Positions 10,228 to 19,304 of a DNA stretch of 64,000 bases are shown here, one piece after another. Position 1 is the stretch's first letter. Every line of letters begins with the position of its first letter. The notes beneath the pieces are model-generated. The model did not search any database. It was given only the letters and a program-made list of their open reading frames with translations, and was not told the DNA's origin. This stretch comes from Spirochaetia bacterium (GTDB lineage: Bacteria; Spirochaetota; Spirochaetia; SZUA-6; Bin103), in assembly GCA_965203055.1 (NCBI GenBank), contig OZ241863.1, forward strand, positions 992,001 to 1,056,000. The letters are read 5' to 3'. The position numbers and the translations under genes were made by a program.

Positions 10228-11508
10228 GTGGATGAGCGGAGGGGAAGCGGCGGCGCCGGCGGCGGCGCGGCGGCCGCGGGCGCCGGGGTGACCGTGCGCA
10301 TCGCCGACGTGGTGACCTGGACGGTGCAGCCGGCGGGCATTCCCCTGGTCGTGGCCAAGGTGATGACCGACCAGCCGGGGCTGCACGGCTGGGGCTGCGG
10401 CACCTTTACGCAGCGCTTCCGGGCGGTGGAGGCAGCCATCGACCGCCACCTCAAGCCGTTTGCCGTGGGGCGCGACGCGAGCGCGATCACCGACTTCTGG
10501 CACAGCGCCATGCACAACGGCTACTGGCGCAACGGCCCGGTGCTCAACAATGCCGTGAGCGCGGTCGAGATGGCCCTCTGGGACATCAAGGGCAAGGCCG
10601 CCGGCGTCCCCTGCTATCAGCTCTGGGGCGGCCGCAGCCGCGGCAGCGCCGCGGTCTACGTGCATGCCAACGGCCGCGAGCCGCGCGAAGTGCTGGAGCA
10701 GGCTCAGGAGTTCTGGCGCCGCGGCTTTCGCCACGTTCGCTGTCAGCTCGGCGGCTACGAGGGCGTGGAAGCGGGGCGCGCCGGCGCCGCGGCGGGGACC
10801 TTCGCCGCGGCCGGCGGCAGCGGCTCGGCGTTCTTCGAGCCGGGCGAGAAGCTGCGCCGGGTGGCGGACCTGTTCGCCGTCGTGCGCGCCGGCCTGCCGC
10901 CGGAGGCGGAGCTGCTGTACGACATTCACGAGCGGCTGGCGCCGATCGACGCGGTGCGGCTGGCCAAGGCCCTGGAGCCGTACCGGCTGTTCTTCCTGGA
11001 GGACCCGCTGGCGCCGGAGGACCTCGGCTACTTCCGCATGCTGCGGGGGCAGTGCGCGGTGCCGCTGGCGATGGGCGAGCTGTTCGTCCATCCGCTGGAG
11101 ATCGAGCCGCTGGTACGGGAGCGGCTGTTCGACTTCGTGCGGGTGCACGTCTCCACCTACGGCGGCATTACCGCGGCGCTCAAGCTGGCCCATCTCTGCG
11201 GCGCGTTCGGGGTGCGCACCGCGTGGCACGGGCCGCGCGACGTGTCCCCCATCGGCATGGCCGCCAACGTCCACCTCGACCTGCACCTGGAGAACTTCGG
11301 GATTCAGGAGTGGGCGTTTCGGTCGCCGGCGGAGGAGGAGTTGTTTCCCGGCCTGCCGCAGGCGCGGGCCGGCGCGGTGGACGCGAGCGAGCGGCCCGGC
11401 TGGGGGATCGAGATGGATGAACGGCTGGCGCCGCGCTTCCCCTGCGACGACGCCGCCAGCCGGCGGCCGGTGCCGCGGCTGGCGGACGGCACCAGCCGTC
11501 CCTACTAG
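10228..11508 (+). CDS. Mandelate racemase/enolase-family sugar-acid dehydratase (RspA/ManD-like)
   Basis: GYWRNGPV, ALWDIKGK, DIHER, FFLEDP, MGE, WHGP, PGWG. Confidence 0.85.
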   Translation: MDERRGSGGAGGGAAAAGAGVTVRIADVVTWTVQPAGIPLVVAKVMTDQPGLHGWGCGTFTQRFRAVEAAIDRHLKPFAVGRDASAITDFWHSAMHNGYWRNGPVLNNAVSAVEMALWDIKGKAAGVPCYQLWGGRSRGSAAVYVHANGREPREVLEQAQEFWRRGFRHVRCQLGGYEGVEAGRAGAAAGTFAAAGGSGSAFFEPGEKLRRVADLFAVVRAGLPPEAELLYDIHERLAPIDAVRLAKALEPYRLFFLEDPLAPEDLGYFRMLRGQCAVPLAMGELFVHPLEIEPLVRERLFDFVRVHVSTYGGITAALKLAHLCGAFGVRTAWHGPRDVSPIGMAANVHLDLHLENFGIQEWAFRSPAEEELFPGLPQARAGAVDASERPGWGIEMDERLAPRFPCDDAASRRPVPRLADGTSRPY

Positions 11509-11537
11509 ACCGTGGCCTGTAAGGGCGGCGCGGCGGA

Positions 11538-12878
11538 TCAGGCCCCTGCCTGGGCCGCGCGCGCCGGGCCGGCGTACTCGATGCGGGCGCCGAGCGCGTG
11601 GTAGGTCTCGAAGATGGTGGGGTAGCGCCGCCGCAGCAGGTCGACCCCGTGAATGATCGTTTCCGCCTCGTCGGCGAGCGCCGCCAGGAAGATCGCCTTG
11701 GTGCCCTGGATGATGTAGGGCGCGGCGATCTCGCCGCCGCGGAAGGTGATGGCCGGTTCGCGTACCATCACCCGCTGCGGATCCGAGATCAGGATCTCCG
11801 CCCCCAGGTAGTTCAGTTCGCGCACGTAGTCGAAGCCTGACTCGTACATCCAGTTCTGGAACAGGATGGCGCCGTGACTCTTGCAGGCCAGGGTCACCAT
11901 CACCGGGAGCACGTCGACCGGAAAGCCCGGCCACGGCCTCACCGCCAGCTTGGGCAGGTCGCGTCCGGCCAGCGGCAGGAACCCGGGGCGCACCTGCAGC
12001 CGCTCCGGGGCCGCCACCAGGAGGTCGCCGCCGCGGCTCTCCAGCTCGATCCCGAAGGCGCGGAACCAGTTCGCCATGCCGTTCACCAACCCCGGCACGT
12101 TGCCGCCGCGGATGGTCAGCGCCCCGCCCGTCACCGCCGCGGCGACGATGCTGCCGGCCAGGTCGACGTAGTCGGGACCGGCCTGGAACTCGGCGTCGGC
12201 AAGCGGCTGCCCGGTGCCGCGGATGGTGAGCTGGTTGGTGCCCTCACCGGTCACCGCCACCCCCAGGCGCCGCAACAGGCGCAGCACGTCCACCACGTGG
12301 GGCTCGCAGGCGGCGTCTCTGATGGTCACCGAGAAGCGGCTGCCGGCGGCGTACAGCGCCAGGTCGAGCGTGGCCGAGACGCTCGCTTCGGCCAGCCAGA
12401 TGTCGTAGTGGTCGGCGTGGGAGCGGGGCGCGGTGAGCACCACCGAGGAGTCGCGTTGCCGCACGGCGACGTCCAGCTTGCGGAAGCCGTCCAGGTGGGT
12501 GGTAACCCCGCGAAAGCCCAGGTCGCAGCCGCCGGGAAGCGGCATCTCCACGCTGCCGAACCGCGCCAGCAACGGCCCGGTAAGGGAAAACGCGCCGCGC
12601 AGCCGGCGGCCCATGGCCGGGTCGATGGTGCGGGCGCGGATTCCGGCCGGGTCCACGTGCACGGCGCCTTGACCGCGCCCGGTCACCTTGGCGCCGAGGC
12701 GGGAGAGGATCTCCAGATAGCTGTGGACGTCGAGGGTGTCGGGGAGGGCGCGGAACAGAATGCCGTCGCCGGCCAGCGCCGCCGCCGGCAGCGCGCCCAT
12801 CAGCGCGTTCTTGTTGGCGATGGGGGTTACCTCGCCATGCAGCGGGACCCCTCCCTGGATGCGGAAGGTGCCGTTCAC
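11538..12878 (-). CDS. murA: UDP-N-acetylglucosamine 1-carboxyvinyltransferase (divergent)
   Basis: F.I.GG.PL.GEV...KNA N-terminus, LPGGCDLGFR active-site Cys loop, PWPGFPVD. Probable GTG start at 12878. Confidence 0.8.
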   Translation of the reverse strand: MNGTFRIQGGVPLHGEVTPIANKNALMGALPAAALAGDGILFRALPDTLDVHSYLEILSRLGAKVTGRGQGAVHVDPAGIRARTIDPAMGRRLRGAFSLTGPLLARFGSVEMPLPGGCDLGFRGVTTHLDGFRKLDVAVRQRDSSVVLTAPRSHADHYDIWLAEASVSATLDLALYAAGSRFSVTIRDAACEPHVVDVLRLLRRLGVAVTGEGTNQLTIRGTGQPLADAEFQAGPDYVDLAGSIVAAAVTGGALTIRGGNVPGLVNGMANWFRAFGIELESRGGDLLVAAPERLQVRPGFLPLAGRDLPKLAVRPWPGFPVDVLPVMVTLACKSHGAILFQNWMYESGFDYVRELNYLGAEILISDPQRVMVREPAITFRGGEIAAPYIIQGTKAIFLAALADEAETIIHGVDLLRRRYPTIFETYHALGARIEYAGPARAAQAGA

Positions 12879-12980
12879 CGTAGCCTGCTCATGCGCCAAT
12901 GATACCGCGGAATCGGGCGGCCCGTCAGAAGCGCGGTGCGCCGCCTGCGCCGCCCTGCGCCGCCGCGGCGCGCAACCGTA

Positions 12981-14018
12981 TCAGGCCCCCGGAGAAGCCG
13001 GCACGGGCACCGTGGCGCCGGCGGCCAGCGATTGCAGCGCGGCCTCCGCCAGCACCAGCGCGCGGCGCCCGTCCTCGAAGGTCACCGCCGGCGCGCGCCC
13101 GGTTTCCACCGCGTCGATGAAGTCGGCCAGCTCGGCGCGGTAGGCGGCCGCGTAGCGCTCGGCGAACGGCCGCGGCAGCGCCGCCGGGGCGCCGGCGCTG
13201 TCCGCCGTGTACCGGCGCGTCTGATCGGCGTGGTGGTTGCCGGAACACGCCATCCCGGCGCTGCCGTGCGCCTCCAGCCGCTGGTCGTAGCCGTACACCG
13301 CGCGCCGGGAGCAGTTGATGTGGCACTGCACGCCGGAGGCGGTCGTCATCAACACCATGGCGGTGTCGACGTCGCCGAGCGCGGCGAGCTCCGGCGTGAT
13401 GCGGACGCTGCCGGCGGCGGTAATGGCGACCGGCTCCTCGCCGAGCACGAAGCGCGCCAGGTCGAAGTCGTGGATCATCATGTCGCGGAACAGCCCGCCG
13501 GAGACCTTTACGTAGGAGAGCGGCGGCGGCGCCGGGTCGCGGCTGGTGATGATCACCTGATGCAGGGCGCCGATCTCGCCTCCGGCGACCAGCTCCCGCA
13601 CCCGGCGGTGGGAAGCATCGTAACGGCGGTTGAAGCCGATCTGAATCGGTACGCCGCAGCCCCGCACCGCCTCCCGGCAGTACGCGACCCGCTGCAGACT
13701 CAGATCGATCGGCTTCTCGCAGAACACCGCCTTGCCGGCGCGGGCCGCGGCGATGATCAGGTCGACGTGGGTGTTGGTGGCGGAGGCGATCAGCGCCGCG
13801 TCCACGCCGGCCGCCAAGGCGTCCGCAACGTCGTTCACGGCCTGCGCGCCGTGGCGCTCCGCCACCGCGGCGGCCGCTTCGGCGGCCGGATCGTACACGC
13901 GCACCAGGCGCGCCGCGGGGGAGGCGGCCAGATTGGCGGCGTGCAGGGCGCCGATGCGTCCCGCGCCAAACAGGGCAAACCGAATCACGTTTTCCAGAGT
14001 AGCGGATGCCGCCGGCAT
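12981..14018 (-). CDS. iolG: Gfo/Idh/MocA oxidoreductase, myo-inositol 2-dehydrogenase-like
   Basis: GAGRIG, FCEKP, GFNRRYD, ITSRDP, SGGLFRDMMIHDFD, YGYDQR. Confidence 0.8.
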   Translation of the reverse strand: MPAASATLENVIRFALFGAGRIGALHAANLAASPAARLVRVYDPAAEAAAAVAERHGAQAVNDVADALAAGVDAALIASATNTHVDLIIAAARAGKAVFCEKPIDLSLQRVAYCREAVRGCGVPIQIGFNRRYDASHRRVRELVAGGEIGALHQVIITSRDPAPPPLSYVKVSGGLFRDMMIHDFDLARFVLGEEPVAITAAGSVRITPELAALGDVDTAMVLMTTASGVQCHINCSRRAVYGYDQRLEAHGSAGMACSGNHHADQTRRYTADSAGAPAALPRPFAERYAAAYRAELADFIDAVETGRAPAVTFEDGRRALVLAEAALQSLAAGATVPVPASPGA

Positions 14019-14154
14019 TGCGCGAGCGGTGGAGGACCTGACTATACCTGACTGCCTGACCTGCTGCTTTCAGGCAGCGAATCGCCCGGCCGCGCCGGCG
14101 GGCGGGCGGGCAGTCGGGTAGCGGCGCGCTGCGCGTCCGGGGTAAGCTGCCGCC

Positions 14155-14859
14155 GTGGCCGCCAAGAATGACAAACCGCTGACGATTCTCGCCTGCTTTC
14201 CTCACGCCGACGACGAGATGGGGGTGCTCGGGACGCTGCTCAATCACCTGTCCCGCGGCGACCGCGTGGTGCTGGCGTGGGCAACGCGCGGCGAGATGAC
14301 CTCCCTGTTCGGCGACAAGCCGATGGCCGAGATCGTGACCGAACGCAAGCGTCACACCGAGGAGGTGGCGCGGATCGTCGGCTGCGAGATCCGGCAACTC
14401 GCATTCCCCGATGCCCATATCGGCCGCTCCCACGAGGAAGCGCTGGAACTGGCGCGGCTGGTGGCCGACGTGCGGCCCGACGCCATCGTGACCTGGAACG
14501 TGCTGCGGGGCCATCCGGACCATCGCAACATCGGCCACCTGTTGCAGGATGCCGTGACCTATGCCCGCCTGCCGCGGATGGTGGCGCCGCTCCCCGCGCA
14601 CCGGCCGCGGCAACTGGCGTTCTTCGCCTACTACGACGAGGCGAGTCCCTATCCGGCCTGCTACGTCGACGTGACGCCGCACATGGACAAGATCGGGGAG
14701 GTGATGGAGCTGTACGCCAAGGTCTACCACTGGGACAAGGCGGCCGAGAACCTGCGCCGGCGGCGCGCCGCGGTGGGCGCCGAGTGCGGCGTGAAGTATG
14801 CCGAGAAGTTCAACGTGATTGCCGGCCCGCGGCCGGCGGTCACCTATCTGCTGCCCTGA
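14155..14859 (+). CDS. PIG-L/LmbE-family N-acetyl deacetylase
   Basis: FPHADDE, TRGE, GHPDH motifs. Confidence 0.85.
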   Translation: MAAKNDKPLTILACFPHADDEMGVLGTLLNHLSRGDRVVLAWATRGEMTSLFGDKPMAEIVTERKRHTEEVARIVGCEIRQLAFPDAHIGRSHEEALELARLVADVRPDAIVTWNVLRGHPDHRNIGHLLQDAVTYARLPRMVAPLPAHRPRQLAFFAYYDEASPYPACYVDVTPHMDKIGEVMELYAKVYHWDKAAENLRRRRAAVGAECGVKYAEKFNVIAGPRPAVTYLLP

Positions 14860-15320
14860 TTCGACTCCAGGAACGCCTTCATCGCGGCGGTGTCCTTGGC
14901 GATTGCCTGCTTCAGGGAGCCGCGCGCCATCCTGCCGAGCAGCTTGGCGACGACGCCGGGCAGGTCGATCTCGACCCGCAGCTCCAGGCAGGTGGTCCCT
15001 CGGCCGCCGGCTCCCTCGGTCAGCCGGTAGTGGAACCGATAGACCCCCTTGCCGCTGGTACCCTGCGTGCCATCGACCCGGAGCGCCAAGTCATGGGGAG
15101 GATCGGCGGCGGCGACCTCGAATACCTCGCGGCTTTCGCGGCGGTCGAAGCGGCGCACCTTGCGCCAGCGGGTTCCCGCAACGAACGGACCGCCGGAGAG
15201 GCGTTCGACGCGCACCAGCCCGCTCATCCAGGCGCCGTAGCCTTCCAGGTCGGTCAGGCACTCGTATACCCGCTCCGCCGGCGCCGCTATCTCGGTCGTG
15301 AATGAGAAACCTGTCGGCAC
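14844..15320 (-). CDS. SRPBCC/polyketide cyclase-family protein
   Basis: EIAAPAERVYECLTD...W N-terminus; C-terminal helix typical of the fold. Confidence 0.7.
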   Translation of the reverse strand: MPTGFSFTTEIAAPAERVYECLTDLEGYGAWMSGLVRVERLSGGPFVAGTRWRKVRRFDRRESREVFEVAAADPPHDLALRVDGTQGTSGKGVYRFHYRLTEGAGGRGTTCLELRVEIDLPGVVAKLLGRMARGSLKQAIAKDTAAMKAFLESNQGSR

Positions 15321-15389
15321 CTGCTGCCCCGGCGGCAGGCTGCCGCGCGCCGCCGCGGAATGTCAAATTTTGTTAAAATCAGGCGCGGG

Positions 15390-15419
15390 CTGACGCTGCC
15401 GGTGCGGATGTGCTATATT
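15390..15419 (+). promoter_or_regulatory. Sigma70-like promoter of tRNA-Gln
   Basis: CTGACG (15390-95), 18-nt spacer, extended -10 TGcTATATT (15411-19), 15 nt before the tRNA. Confidence 0.55.
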
Positions 15420-15434
15420 GCCTCACGTTCCCTT

Positions 15435-15505
15435 TGCCCGATGGTGTAACGGTAGCACGACAGACTCTGGATCTGTTCGTCGGGGTTCGAATCCCTGTCG
15501 GGCAG
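15435..15505 (+). tRNA. tRNA-Gln (anticodon CTG)
   Basis: Acceptor stem TGCCCGA/TCGGGCA; anticodon arm ACAGA-CTCTGGA-TCTGT; T-loop GTTCGAATC; CCA not encoded. Confidence 0.95.
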
Positions 15506-15551
15506 CTACCCCCTCGCAGGAACGAACCGTGAGTAACGCAGGATACGCGTC

Positions 15552-16685
15552 ATGCCGAGCATAACGGTTCGGGATCTGACCGTCCGCTACGACCAGGTGC
15601 TGGCCGTGGACAACTTGGCGCTGCACGTGGAAGAGGGCGAGTTCATGGTGCTGCTCGGCGCCTCCGGGAGCGGCAAGACCTCCACCCTGCGCGCCATCGC
15701 CGGCCTGGAACGGCCGGCCGACGGCGAAATCCTGTTTGGCCGGCGCTGCATGTTCTCTGCCGCGGCGGCCGTCGACCTGCCGCCCGCGCGCCGCGGAGTG
15801 GGGATGGTGTTCCAGAACTACGCGCTCTATCCCCACATGACCACGGTGGCAAACGTGGCGTTCCCCCTCAAGACCCAACGGCTGCCGCGGGAAAAGATCG
15901 CCCTGGCGGTAGAGCAGGCGCTGGCGCTGGTCGATCTGACCGGTCTGGAGCAGCGCTATCCGCGCCAGCTCAGCGGCGGCCAGCAGCAGCGGGTGGCGCT
16001 GGCCCGCATGCTGGTGGGGCAGCCCGAGGTGCTGCTGTTCGACGAGCCGCTGTCGAACGTCGACGCCAAGTTGCGGGTAGCGTTGCGCACCGATCTCAAA
16101 CGCCTGCAGCGCCGGATCGGCGCCACCTCCCTGTACGTGACCCATGACGTATCGGAGGCGTTCGCGTTGGCCGACCGCATCGCCATCATGTTCCACGGCG
16201 TCATTCACCAGATCGGCCGGGCCGGCGACCTGTACCACCGCCCGGAGACGCTGCAGGTGGCGGAGATGACCGGTCTGCCGCAGTCCAACCTGATTCCCGC
16301 CACCGTGACCCGCGCCGAGGGCGCGGTGCTGCTGGCCGCGGCCGCCGCTCCCGGCAAGCCGTTTCGCCTCCCGGCGATGAACGGCGCCTTCAGCGGCCAG
16401 CGCGCGGTGCTGAACGTGCGCGTCGAGGACCTGGAGCTGGCGGCGGGCGCGCCGCCGGACGCGACGGGGCCGCGGTTCGAGGTATTCGCGGTGCTGCCGC
16501 AGGGCGCCTCCACCCTGATTCACCTGCGCTTCCCCGGGCGCCGCGAGGAGCTGGTCGCGCGGGTGCCGCATGCCGCGCCGGAGTGGCGCGCCGGCCAGCG
16601 CGTCTCCGTGCGGCTGCGGCGGGGCAATCTCTACGACGCCTCCACCGAGCGGCTGATCGACTCCTTCGACCGCGGCGGCCGCTGA
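15552..16685 (+). CDS. ABC transporter ATP-binding protein (MalK/MsmK-like)
   Basis: GASGSGKT, VFQNYALYPHM, LSGGQQQR, LFDEPLS, YVTHD. Confidence 0.92.
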   Translation: MPSITVRDLTVRYDQVLAVDNLALHVEEGEFMVLLGASGSGKTSTLRAIAGLERPADGEILFGRRCMFSAAAAVDLPPARRGVGMVFQNYALYPHMTTVANVAFPLKTQRLPREKIALAVEQALALVDLTGLEQRYPRQLSGGQQQRVALARMLVGQPEVLLFDEPLSNVDAKLRVALRTDLKRLQRRIGATSLYVTHDVSEAFALADRIAIMFHGVIHQIGRAGDLYHRPETLQVAEMTGLPQSNLIPATVTRAEGAVLLAAAAAPGKPFRLPAMNGAFSGQRAVLNVRVEDLELAAGAPPDATGPRFEVFAVLPQGASTLIHLRFPGRREELVARVPHAAPEWRAGQRVSVRLRRGNLYDASTERLIDSFDRGGR

Positions 16686-16713
16686 ACGGCGGCGGGGCGG
16701 CGCTGCCGGCGCG

Positions 16714-18312
16714 CTACCCCGTCTTGCGGGCGAGCTGGGCGCGGATATCGTCGAAGCTGATGCCGTAGCGCCGCGCGACGTCGCGGGCGTAGCTCAGGCC
16801 GACCGGCGGGCCGGGCCGGATGCGGAAGGTGCGGCGCGCTTCGCCGTTCTCGCCGCGGCCGGCGGCGCCCGCTTCGATCCCCGCCACCATGCTCACCAGC
16901 CGGCTGGCGCCGGCCACTTCCCGGTTGATCGCGTCGACCCGTTCGCCAAGCTCATGCAGGTGGGTGGCGAATACCGCCCGCGCTCCCAGCAGGCGCAGTC
17001 CGCGCACCACGTCTTCCGCCAGGTACAGGCTCTCGCTGGGGCTGGTGCTGGCCAGCGATTCATTCATCAGGATCAGGCTGCGCTCGCTGGCGGCGCCAAA
17101 CAGCGACGCCAGCCGGCGCGCCTCCTCGGCCAGCCGGCCGCCCTCGGCGTGGCCCGGTTCGTCTACCGGGAAGTGGGTGCCGACCACGTCCGCCGGGCTC
17201 ACCGCCGCGGACTCGGCCGGCGCGTAGAGACCGGCCTGGGCCAGCGCCTGCAGCAGCCCCACGGCCCGTGTAAAGGTGGTCTTGCCGCCCTGGTTGGGAC
17301 CTGTCAGCACCAGGATTCTGCCGTCGGCTTCCATGTCGAGGTCGTTGCCGACGATCTCCCCGGCGCGCTCCTCGGAGCTGCCGAGGGCGAGGTTGACGTT
17401 GTACAGCCGGCTCACCTGCAGGCGGCGCGCCGCGGCCGGCGCGAGCTGCGGCCGGCAGATCGGCAAGCCGCGCGCGCGCAGCCGCTCGAAGAGCTGCGCG
17501 GCGCCCAGGTAGAAGGCGATCTCGCGCTCCAGGGAGAGCAGATCCTGGACCTGCAGGCGCACGTATTGGCCCAGCGCCTTGGCCAGGGGCCGGGCCACGG
17601 CGCCCAGAATCCGGTCCAGGTCGCCGAACAGGGTCCCCAACGCCGCCACCCGCTTGATGCTGGCCACCGGCTGGTAGGGCGAGGCGGCGCCGAAGATGCG
17701 GCTCAGCAGCGGGCGCTCGGCGAATTTCTCCTCATGCACGGCCAGCAGCGTGGCTTCGGCCGGGCGCAGTTGATCGTCCAGGTTGATGCCGATGCTTACG
17801 CTGGCGCGCCGCTTCAGGCCGCCGCGCAGCGCCGGCAGTTCCTGCAGCAGCCGCTGGTACACCGGGTCGGCCTGGCGCCGCCGCACGAATGCCAGCAGCG
17901 CCCGCAGACCGGCCGACTCCAGGTTGGGGAGTTGGGTCGCATCCGCCAGCCGCTGCAGGCATGCGACGTAGGTCTCCAGCTCGCCCAGCCGCCAGACCGC
18001 CTGCTGCAGGGGCGCGCTCTGTTCCTTGCGGGTGGTGGTGAAGTACGCCAGTTCGCGCAGCATCGGGCGGACCTCGCGCAGCACCTCACGCAGCGGAGCG
18101 GAGGCCAGGACGTCGGCCAGCACACTCTGGCGGTAGTGAATCGTGGCCAGGTCCTGGCACAGTTCGTAGAGCAGTTCCTCCGGCAGCCCGAACTGCTCGC
18201 GCAGGGCCGCCAGCCCGGTGTCCGCGGCCGCCTGCCGGCTGAGCCGCGGGCCGGCGGCGGGCGCGCCGGCGGCGGGATGGCACAGGCTTACCGTGTCCGG
18301 GGCGGGATCCAC
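16714..18312 (-). CDS. MutS-like protein (ATPase domain V, no mismatch-binding domain)
   Basis: GND..., LTGPNQGGKTT, THFP, LMNESLASTS, FATH. Confidence 0.8.
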   Translation of the reverse strand: MDPAPDTVSLCHPAAGAPAAGPRLSRQAAADTGLAALREQFGLPEELLYELCQDLATIHYRQSVLADVLASAPLREVLREVRPMLRELAYFTTTRKEQSAPLQQAVWRLGELETYVACLQRLADATQLPNLESAGLRALLAFVRRRQADPVYQRLLQELPALRGGLKRRASVSIGINLDDQLRPAEATLLAVHEEKFAERPLLSRIFGAASPYQPVASIKRVAALGTLFGDLDRILGAVARPLAKALGQYVRLQVQDLLSLEREIAFYLGAAQLFERLRARGLPICRPQLAPAAARRLQVSRLYNVNLALGSSEERAGEIVGNDLDMEADGRILVLTGPNQGGKTTFTRAVGLLQALAQAGLYAPAESAAVSPADVVGTHFPVDEPGHAEGGRLAEEARRLASLFGAASERSLILMNESLASTSPSESLYLAEDVVRGLRLLGARAVFATHLHELGERVDAINREVAGASRLVSMVAGIEAGAAGRGENGEARRTFRIRPGPPVGLSYARDVARRYGISFDDIRAQLARKTG

Positions 18313-18399
18313 GCGCCAATGCTAACGGGTGGCGTGACGCTCTCGCAACGCCCGGCGCGCGCTTGCTTTGCCGCGGCGCTGCCGGCAGAATAGAGCGCC

Positions 18400-19284
18400 A
18401 TGGGACAGACCAACGCTGCCAGCGGCGCCTGGAACGATCATCGTCTCACCCTGTCCGAAGGCGAGGCGTTCGCCCGGGACGGTTACCTCGTACTGCAGGA
18501 GCGGCTGCCGGAGGCGGTAACCGACGGCCTGGAGCGGGCGTTCGACACGGTATGGGCCGCCGAACGCGCCGCGCGCGGCAAGAGCGAACTCGACAAGCTG
18601 AACATGTACGATTTTCTCGGCAAGGACGAGCGCTTCCTGGAGATGATCGACTGGCCGGCGACGTTTCCCAAGGTGATGGACATCCTGGGCTGGAACATCC
18701 AGATCTACCACACCCACATGATCATCAGTCCGGGGGCGGGCCAGGGCGCGGACCCCGGCAGCCGCGGCTGGCACCAGGACAGCGACCGGCTCAACCGGGA
18801 ACTGGAGTCGCGTCCGCAACCGCGGGTCTCCCTGAAGGCGGCGTTCTTCCTGACCGACTGCAGCGAGCGCGGGCGGGGCAACTTCGGCGCGGTGCCGGGG
18901 AGTCATCTGGCAGATCCTCCGGTGGACCCGGACCGGCGCCACCTCGATCCGCCGGGAGCCACGGAAGTGCTGGTGCCGCGCGGCGGCATCGTCCTGTTCG
19001 ACCGCCGCATCTGGCACACCGGGACCGAGAACTACGCCGACGTTCCGCGCAAGGTGCTGTTCTACGGGTACAGCTACCGCTGGCTGCGGCCGCGCGACGA
19101 CATGACGGTGGAACACTACCTGGAGCGCAGCGATCCCATTCGCCGCCAGTTGCTCGGCGCCGGGCCGAGCGGCGGCCACGGCTACACCTCGCCCAAGCCG
19201 GAGGACGTGCCGCTGCGCGCCTGGCTGGAGCGCCATCCGGCGGCGCCGGCCGCGGCCGCCGCGGCCGGCGCGCCCGCCGCCTAG
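18400..19284 (+). CDS. Phytanoyl-CoA dioxygenase (PhyH)-family 2OG/Fe(II) dioxygenase
   Basis: RDGYLV, WHQD, VPGSH, FDRRIWH. Confidence 0.85.
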   Translation: MGQTNAASGAWNDHRLTLSEGEAFARDGYLVLQERLPEAVTDGLERAFDTVWAAERAARGKSELDKLNMYDFLGKDERFLEMIDWPATFPKVMDILGWNIQIYHTHMIISPGAGQGADPGSRGWHQDSDRLNRELESRPQPRVSLKAAFFLTDCSERGRGNFGAVPGSHLADPPVDPDRRHLDPPGATEVLVPRGGIVLFDRRIWHTGTENYADVPRKVLFYGYSYRWLRPRDDMTVEHYLERSDPIRRQLLGAGPSGGHGYTSPKPEDVPLRAWLERHPAAPAAAAAAGAPAA

Positions 19285-19304
19285 CCCCGCGCCGGGCGCC
19301 GCCT

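Noticed and set aside
15435..15505. tRNA-Gln as the integration site of an element
   Set aside because: No duplicated tRNA 3' end or integrase noticed in the window
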